IMG/VR virus record: IMGVR_UViG_3300023493_000085
Reading direction: 5' to 3' (one strand)
DNA length: 5,999 nt
Source of the DNA: a virus
The notes below the pieces were generated by a model. It was not told the DNA's origin and made no database searches. It saw nothing but the letters and a program-made list of their open reading frames with translations. This document shows positions 1 through 4,214 of this stretch, piece by piece (position 1 is the first letter of the stretch; every line of letters starts with the position of its first letter). The position numbers were made by a program, and so were the translations under genes.

Positions 1-55
1 CCAAGCACCAGCGGAAGTAAGAACTTGCCAACCATCAAGAGGAGCAACCCAAGAC
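1..55. repeat. Terminal direct repeat, left copy (assembly overlap of a circular genome)
   Basis: 1-55 (ccaagcaccagcggaagtaagaacttgccaaccatcaagaggagcaacccaagac) is identical base for base to 5945-5999, giving a period of 5,944 nt. The VP1 reading frame runs seamlessly across the junction. Confidence 0.95.
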
Positions 56-1566
56 TGATAAGCAGCACCAGTACGGAATGCAGCATGAACCGTATCGATA
101 CTAGATTTCCACTGCCAATAGCGGAGATTATAACCAATGGATCCGGAAACAGAACGACCGGGGTTATTCTGTAAATTAAGAGCGGGGACAGCCTGCATAC
201 CAAGCTGATCGAACGCCGGCTGTGGAAAATCAGTAATAGCAGTTACAGTTAACTGAGGATTCTGACCTGTAAGATTCCAATCTAATAAAGGAACAGCATG
301 ATAAACGCACATGATAACCTGATGCTCGGCACCGCAATCATAAGTAATAGTATGTCCTGACTGACTAGAAATACCCTTACCGGCAATAGATGCTTGAGAA
401 GTATCAGTATCAAGATTAGTGTTAACTACCTCATTAATATTAATAACATTAGACCAACCACCAATATAATGAGCATGATTGCCCATGTATTCGGGTGCTT
501 TAATGCCAAACTGAGCAGCCATCTGATCTGAATAATCCTTACTACTAAATTGTACTACTTCTTTCCAACGCTGAAGATATTCAGTTGCACGAAGCGAGAG
601 GGCAGAAAGATTAGTATTAAGAGCAAGATATTCAGCCTTAGAAGACACTCCAGACAAAATTACATTATTACCAGAAGATTCACTCTGAGCATATAATTTC
701 TGAGAAGGCTGGAGAACGCGCTGAGACGGCTGTGAAGAATCATATAAAGACGGAAAAACAGCTACCGAACCATACTGAGAAGAAGGGAGAATACCCATAA
801 AATAATCTTTCGGATAATTCGCATAACGCATCTTAAGCATATCAGCGTATAATGAAACAAAACTAGTGCCTTGCCAATAATCCACATTATAAGCATAAGC
901 TAGATGCTTCTCCCATTGGGGATTACTGAAAAAATCGAAATAAATCTTCTGATAAGCAAGAATAGGAAGCATATTTACCGTCTGACTTACGGAATAAACC
1001 AAAGGGTTATCTCCATCAGAAAGATTTTCAAGGCCTAAATACTTCTTAGTAATTGCAGCCTTACCAACATTAGACACAGCAATCATAGAACCATAACCAA
1101 GTAAATCCAATAACTTACAAGCGCCATAAACATAAGGAAGACCAGCATCATCACGAGTATTAGTCTGATCTCCAGCATTTGCAGTAGATAATAGAGTATT
1201 AAACTGAGACATAGTAGTATAAGGAACAGAACTTAATGCAGTAGTATTCTTATCACCACTAGACGCGCTAGTCATATAATCCGTCATCTGGGTAAATGCC
1301 TGTGGAAGAGCACGAGAAATTAAGCGCAATGGTACAGCGTAGAAATCGTAATACTCCTTAATACGAGTATAAGCAGCCGTATTAACAGGAACAGTACGGG
1401 TAAACCAATCCGAAGAAATACGATACTTATTTCCCGGAATAGCAATTTGCCAATAGCATGGCAAAATTTCACCGACCTTAGCGGTGAATAGCTTTTTCGA
1501 ACTCAAGTCGAAAGACGAGCGATGAGTATTAATTTTCGCACGATCTAAAGGATTAAAATCACTCAT
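1..1566 (-). CDS. VP1: Major capsid protein VP1 (Microviridae F-like capsid protein), N-terminal 522 codons. The ORF leaves the window at base 1 and continues at 5944 on the circle.
   Basis: ATG at 1566-1564. Hand translation gives MSDFNPLDRAKINTHRSSFDLSSKKLFTAKVGEILPCYWQIAIPGNKYRISSDWFTRTVPVNTAAYTRIKEYYDFYAVPLRL... This carries the RSxFDLS, G-E-x-x-P, PG and Y-x-F-x-x-V-P-x-R N-terminal pattern I recognise from microvirus capsid proteins. I hand-checked the frame as open at 1321-1566 and 1-60. It is missing from the ORF track only because no stop lies inside the window on this side. Confidence 0.9.
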   Translation of the reverse strand, partial: MSDFNPLDRAKINTHRSSFDLSSKKLFTAKVGEILPCYWQIAIPGNKYRISSDWFTRTVPVNTAAYTRIKEYYDFYAVPLRLISRALPQAFTQMTDYMTSASSGDKNTTALSSVPYTTMSQFNTLLSTANAGDQTNTRDDAGLPYVYGACKLLDLLGYGSMIAVSNVGKAAITKKYLGLENLSDGDNPLVYSVSQTVNMLPILAYQKIYFDFFSNPQWEKHLAYAYNVDYWQGTSFVSLYADMLKMRYANYPKDYFMGILPSSQYGSVAVFPSLYDSSQPSQRVLQPSQKLYAQSESSGNNVILSGVSSKAEYLALNTNLSALSLRATEYLQRWKEVVQFSSKDYSDQMAAQFGIKAPEYMGNHAHYIGGWSNVININEVVNTNLDTDTSQASIAGKGISSQSGHTITYDCGAEHQVIMCVYHAVPLLDWNLTGQNPQLTVTAITDFPQPAFDQLGMQAVPALNLQNNPGRSVSGSIGYNLRYWQWKSSIDTVHAAFRTGAAYQSWVAPLDGWQVLTSAGAW

Positions 1567-1593
1567 AATGTAATAAATTAAAAATTATAGAAA

Positions 1594-3273
1594 TCAAACC
1601 TTACGGTTAATAATATTATTAGCATCATTCTGTTTCTTATGCTTAATCATATCACGACAGTATGTCGCACTACGATACCGGAGTTGCTCAAGAAGTTGAA
1701 CCGTTTCACTTGAAATATTCGACAAGACTTCCGACTCGCACCCGTTCTGAGGCAACGCAAACATACAATCCGATATGTTCGGGTTCGCGGAACGTACGAT
1801 GAACGAATCGCGTAAACTTTCATAATCTTTTTTCTTTTCATATTCTATGCCTGTTTTAATGATAAACATAATACGACCGGAATAAGCACTAATATCAGAA
1901 CCGAAGAGAGGCAAATGCCAGTTACGGAAGAATTTATAGACATATAAAAACAACCGATACAACCTATTAATATAAGATTCAATATCGACATCACTAGAAC
2001 AGTTGACAAACCTAGTAAGACACCGAGCAGCATGTAATATAATTTTATCATCATCAGATAGAATCAAATTAACCTTAAGATATTGATAATAAACACGAAC
2101 AAGACTCAAGATTGAACCTTGTTCATAGTCGATGAATCCGAACCTTGCAATTCTTGCTGGCGTCGAGTGCACAGCTCGAAGAATTCGAGCAATCGCAACA
2201 CTATCATCATTGCGAGCAGACGAGAATCGGGGCAATAAGGTACGGATATACGACATGGGTGGAGTCGAGCGAACACTGATTCCGTTGAAATTATAGATTT
2301 TTCCGTTAACGACAGAATCGATTCTTTGTTCAATTTGCGCATAAGGGTCTTCGTCTTCAAAGAAATCACAGCCTTTTTCAAAAAATCCGATAGATGCTCG
2401 CGATCGGGGTCTAAACGCGCGGCATGACCGATATAGTAAGGGAGCAGAACACAAGCTGTTAACGTAACTCGCAACGTACGAAGCAGCTCCACCAGCGGCA
2501 CGTTGGAAATCTGAACGACCGAGGTTCCAACTCTTATCGTGACAGTATCGTAAAACCTTGGCGACTTCATCCGAGTTCGTGAATAGTATGAGATGGAAAT
2601 GCGGGCGGAAGTGCACAGGGCCGTACTCGCCCACAGCGTAGAAATGTAACGTTTCATAAGAACCTAGCTTTTTGAATAAATGTTTACGTAAGCGTTTTAT
2701 ATAATTCTGAACGTCAACGTAGTTCAGGAAGGGTATAAGGTTATCAAGACCGTATTGTTCAGCAGCGGGATATGTCGAGTTATCCACGGACTGCGTTTTA
2801 CAGATAAAGCTACGAATAGCATCCATACTAAGAAACCAATTATCCTTAACAGGAACATATTCCTTAATTTCACGGTCAAACGGCACTGTGCCTTGAACCT
2901 GTTCGAAGAATATATGATGAAGCGCGGAGTTATCATTACACTGATATTCGGAAACAGGGATATACTGATGATGTTCATAACCAAAATGATTATCTCCCGA
3001 AATACCTACAACGTCCTCATAGTCACTACAGAGTACCTTACAACACATAAGGGGAAGATGTTCATTATCATACGTTAGAGTAACAAAAAAAGAATGCTTA
3101 AAAGCACTTCCAGCGGTCTTCACACGCATAGACGCTTTTTGAGCACGCTTATAGATACAGTAATCGCATTGACCACAATCTACGGCAATACGCGCACCAG
3201 TGTACTTATTTGTAATAAATGAACGATGTTGACAATGATCAACCGTTTTAAATAAATCGGGAGAAAACTTCAT
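1594..3273 (-). CDS. VP4: Rolling-circle replication initiation protein (HUH endonuclease; VP4 / phiX174 gene A-like)
   Basis: This is the 567-aa track ORF (1594..3297). The track start at 3297 is TTG, and the first ATG is at 3273 (MKFSPDLF..., 559 aa). Motif I FFVTLTYD is at 3070-3093. The HUH motif HFRPHFHLILF is at 2581-2613. The double catalytic Tyr motif YVASYVN is at 2458-2478 (phiX174 A has YVAKYVNK). An N-terminal Cys cluster CGQCDYC is at 3157-3177. The stop is TGA at 1596-1594. Confidence 0.93.
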   Translation of the reverse strand: MKFSPDLFKTVDHCQHRSFITNKYTGARIAVDCGQCDYCIYKRAQKASMRVKTAGSAFKHSFFVTLTYDNEHLPLMCCKVLCSDYEDVVGISGDNHFGYEHHQYIPVSEYQCNDNSALHHIFFEQVQGTVPFDREIKEYVPVKDNWFLSMDAIRSFICKTQSVDNSTYPAAEQYGLDNLIPFLNYVDVQNYIKRLRKHLFKKLGSYETLHFYAVGEYGPVHFRPHFHLILFTNSDEVAKVLRYCHDKSWNLGRSDFQRAAGGAASYVASYVNSLCSAPLLYRSCRAFRPRSRASIGFFEKGCDFFEDEDPYAQIEQRIDSVVNGKIYNFNGISVRSTPPMSYIRTLLPRFSSARNDDSVAIARILRAVHSTPARIARFGFIDYEQGSILSLVRVYYQYLKVNLILSDDDKIILHAARCLTRFVNCSSDVDIESYINRLYRLFLYVYKFFRNWHLPLFGSDISAYSGRIMFIIKTGIEYEKKKDYESLRDSFIVRSANPNISDCMFALPQNGCESEVLSNISSETVQLLEQLRYRSATYCRDMIKHKKQNDANNIINRKV

Positions 3274-3325
3274 ATAGCCAAGAGCCTGTAACGGCAATAA
3301 ATATAAAAATAAACAATAAAATCAA

Positions 3326-3409
3326 TCAAACGCCAATGGCACTAAGAATATAGCCTAGAGCAGCAGAAATAGCACCAATAACAATTTTCCAAATATAACT
3401 ACTTTTCAT
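3326..3409 (-). CDS. 27-aa single-pass membrane peptide (hypothetical)
   Basis: ATG at 3409-3407, TGA at 3328-3326. Hand translation: MKSSYIWKIVIGAISAALGYILSAIGV, a short polar N-terminus followed by a 19-residue Gly/Ala/Ser-rich hydrophobic helix. Codons mostly end in T (ATT GTT ATT GGT GCT ATT TCT GCT GCT), as in the other phage genes. The start overlaps the stop of the 64-aa gene by 11 nt. It corresponds to the last 27 codons of the otherwise unconvincing 106-aa track ORF. Confidence 0.45.
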   Translation of the reverse strand: MKSSYIWKIVIGAISAALGYILSAIGV

Positions 3410-3593
3410 TGTCTTGAGTTTTAAGTTCAACGAAATCATTTTCTTCCTTAATCGAGTCCACAATAACAATAAGACCCAGTCGAGAAACTCGTTCAGAATA
3501 ATATCCAAGACCCTCGAGAGAATTAACAACATAAGGCGGAATAACATCACGACCAGTAATTTTTTCCTTGACGGAAATAATAAATTTTTGCAT
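3399..3593 (-). CDS. Hypothetical 64-aa protein
   Basis: Track ORF with a true ATG (3593-3591) and TAG stop (3401-3399). It has a normal mixed amino-acid composition and T-ending codon bias like the neighbouring genes. It lies directly downstream of a Bacteroides-type promoter. Its N-terminal half has a diverged paralogue at 4041-4154. I recognise no family. Confidence 0.65.
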   Translation of the reverse strand: MQKFIISVKEKITGRDVIPPYVVNSLEGLGYYSERVSRLGLIVIVDSIKEENDFVELKTQDNEK

Positions 3594-3643
3594 AATTGTA
3601 AAATGTTTAAAATGTTAATAATAGTTGTAACTTCTACAGCGGA

Positions 3644-3675
3644 CAAAAGTATATTTTTTTTTCTGTATTTCCAAA
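3644..3675 (-). promoter_or_regulatory. Candidate Bacteroidota-type promoter (-33 TTTG, 20-nt spacer, -7 TAnnTTTG)
   Basis: The minus strand reads CTATTTGG AAATACAGAAAAAAAAATA TACTTTTG TCC. TTTG is at 3675-3672, the spacer is 20 nt (3671-3652), and TACTTTTG is at 3651-3644. This matches the published Bacteroides consensus TTTG / TAnnTTTG. It sits about 50 nt upstream of the 64-aa gene ATG. The spacer contains an A9 homopolymer (3662-3654). Confidence 0.45.
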
Positions 3676-3722
3676 TAGTTTTTTAAATATTATGGAGAAA
3701 GGGCCATTGGAGGTATGGTGTG

Positions 3723-3792
3723 AGTTGTGCGTTTATGGACGAGGATCGGGAGAAACCGAGATGATAACTCGGGTTTTGCTTCGCACACAACT
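3723..3792 (-). repeat. Inverted repeat: 7-bp closing helix around an inner 8-bp hairpin
   Basis: Plus strand agttgtg (3723-3729) pairs with cacaact (3786-3792). Inside, aaaccgag (3753-3760) pairs with ctcgggttt (3768-3776, one bulged g), with a 7-nt loop atgataa. Confidence 0.55.
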
Positions 3793-3815
3793 AGGGGCTT
3801 CGCTTAATTAACAAA

Positions 3816-3844
3816 TCCTGGATCCATTACTAATAGATCCAGGA
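3816..3844 (-). repeat. Perfect 9-bp stem with 11-nt AT-rich loop
   Basis: Plus strand tcctggatc (3816-3824) and gatccagga (3836-3844) are exact reverse complements. The loop is cattactaata (3825-3835), which reads TATTAGTAATG on the minus strand. Confidence 0.85.
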
Positions 3845-3856
3845 GAGAAGTGGATA

Positions 3857-3872
3857 TATACAAAGGTGTATA
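3857..3872 (-). repeat. Perfect 6-bp stem with 4-nt loop
   Basis: Plus strand tataca (3857-3862) pairs with tgtata (3867-3872). The loop is aagg (3863-3866). Confidence 0.5.
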
Positions 3873-3877
3873 GACAC

Positions 3878-3899
3878 GGCAGATCAGATAGAATCTGCC
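3878..3899 (-). repeat. Perfect 7-bp stem with 8-nt loop
   Basis: Plus strand ggcagat (3878-3884) pairs with atctgcc (3893-3899). The loop is cagataga (3885-3892). Confidence 0.8.
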
Positions 3900-3925
3900 T
3901 TTGCGCACCTTCGTGCTAAAATACC

Positions 3926-3962
3926 GAAGCGGAACGCTTCTCTAAGGAAGTCGCTCCGCTCC
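3926..3962 (-). repeat. 15-pair hairpin with one bulge and a 6-nt loop; folds better on the minus strand
   Basis: Minus strand 5'-GGAGCGGA GCGACTTC CTTAGA GAAGCGT TCCGCTTC-3'. It has 13 Watson-Crick pairs, 2 G-T(U) wobbles and one bulged A. On the plus strand the two wobble positions become A-C mismatches. Confidence 0.75.
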
Positions 3963-3975
3963 ATATTTCGATCAG

Positions 3976-4022
3976 GCCCTACGCGGGCGGCGGGTGTATA
4001 TCGCTCATACGCCGCGATGGGC
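3976..4022 (-). repeat. GC-rich irregular hairpin
   Basis: Plus strand gccc (3976-3979) pairs with gggc (4019-4022). The inner part can pair as cgcgg (3982-3986) with ccgcg (4012-4016), or alternatively as gcggcg (3987-3992) with cgccgc (4010-4015). There is an apical gtat/atac pairing at 3996-3999 and 4007-4010. Confidence 0.6.
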
Positions 4023-4040
4023 TTTTAGTCCTGAAGTATG

Positions 4041-4154
4041 CTACTGATTTCGGTATTTGGGAATTATATGATACGTCAAGGCATCATCCATAGAATTAAC
4101 AACTAAGGAAAATACAACCTTGCGACCATCTTTAATTCTTGCTTCGTAACACAT
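4041..4154 (-). CDS. 37-aa ORF: truncated, diverged paralogue of the N-terminal half of the 64-aa protein (may be a gene remnant rather than a functional gene)
   Basis: ATG at 4154-4152, TAG at 4043-4041. Hand translation: MCYEARIKDGRKVVFSLVVNSMDDALTYHIIPKYRNQ. The segment DGRKVVFSLVVNSMDDALTY aligns without gaps to TGRDVIPPYVVNSLEGLGYY of the 64-aa protein (8 of 20 identical). The alignment includes an identical 12-nt core GTTGTTAATTCT. The ORF is below the 60-aa track cutoff. Confidence 0.35.
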   Translation of the reverse strand: MCYEARIKDGRKVVFSLVVNSMDDALTYHIIPKYRNQ

Positions 4155-4214
4155 AATCTTAATTTTAATAGTTATTATTAGTTCTTTTCTGCATTACAAA
4201 GATACAAAATAGTT

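Larger units (their letters stand above)
3691..4040 (-). other. ORF-free, GC-enriched, hairpin-dense non-coding element (candidate ssDNA origin/priming module or structured RNA)
   Basis: No ORF of 60 aa or more in any frame across 3594-4214. By hand count, 164 of 330 bases in 3701-4030 are G+C (about 50%), against AT-rich flanks. There are six consecutive stem-loops, listed separately below and in the findings. Wobble pairs favour folding of the minus strand. Confidence 0.7.

Noticed and set aside
3614-3627. Minus-strand CAACTATTATTAAC resembles the phiX174 origin core CAACTTGATATTAATAAC
   Set aside because: The match needs gaps and is mostly low-information AT-rich sequence in an AT-rich leader. 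It cannot be distinguished from chance without Rep cleavage data.
3326-3646. 106-aa minus-strand track ORF overlapping the 64-aa gene
   Set aside because: It starts at TTG inside the predicted promoter. Its first 80 or so residues are Leu-rich, low-complexity off-frame translation of the better 64-aa ORF. Only its last 27 codons (3326-3409, with their own ATG) look like a gene.
3692-3964. Short ORFs inside the GC island: plus-strand 39 aa (3692-3811, MEKGPLEVWCELCVYGRG...) and minus-strand 26 aa (3964-3884, MERSDFLREAFRFG...)
   Set aside because: Both lie entirely within hairpin arms, and their codon usage is unlike the T-ending bias of the phage genes. One is on the otherwise non-coding strand. 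Neither has a promoter or coupling context.
3691-3980. Long-range complementarities TATGGAG (3691-3697) with CTCCATA (3959-3965), and AGGGCC (3700-3705) with GGCCCT (3975-3980), which would form a pseudoknot closing the element
   Set aside because: Several 6-7-nt complementary pairs are expected by chance within about 400 nt, and these compete with the local hairpins. I noted them only as something a covariation analysis could revisit.
4021-4036. Group I intron hypothesis. Minus-strand CUUCAGGACUAAAAG resembles the conserved R element (Tetrahymena GUUCACAGACUAAAUG), with a possible P7 partner UAGUU at 3793-3789.
   Set aside because: I could not build P3, P4 to P6 or P8 around it, and the P and Q elements would have to lie in the AT-rich 37-aa ORF. 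The flanking ORFs are paralogous copies rather than two halves of a split gene. The R/S pairing is weak (4 bp plus a wobble) and reads equally well on either strand. It is worth a cmscan but is not supportable by eye.
3594-4214. Possibility that the gap is a gene read with a reassigned stop codon
   Set aside because: Extending the 37-aa frame meets TAG, TGA, TGA, TAG and then TAA. No single reassignment opens a frame.
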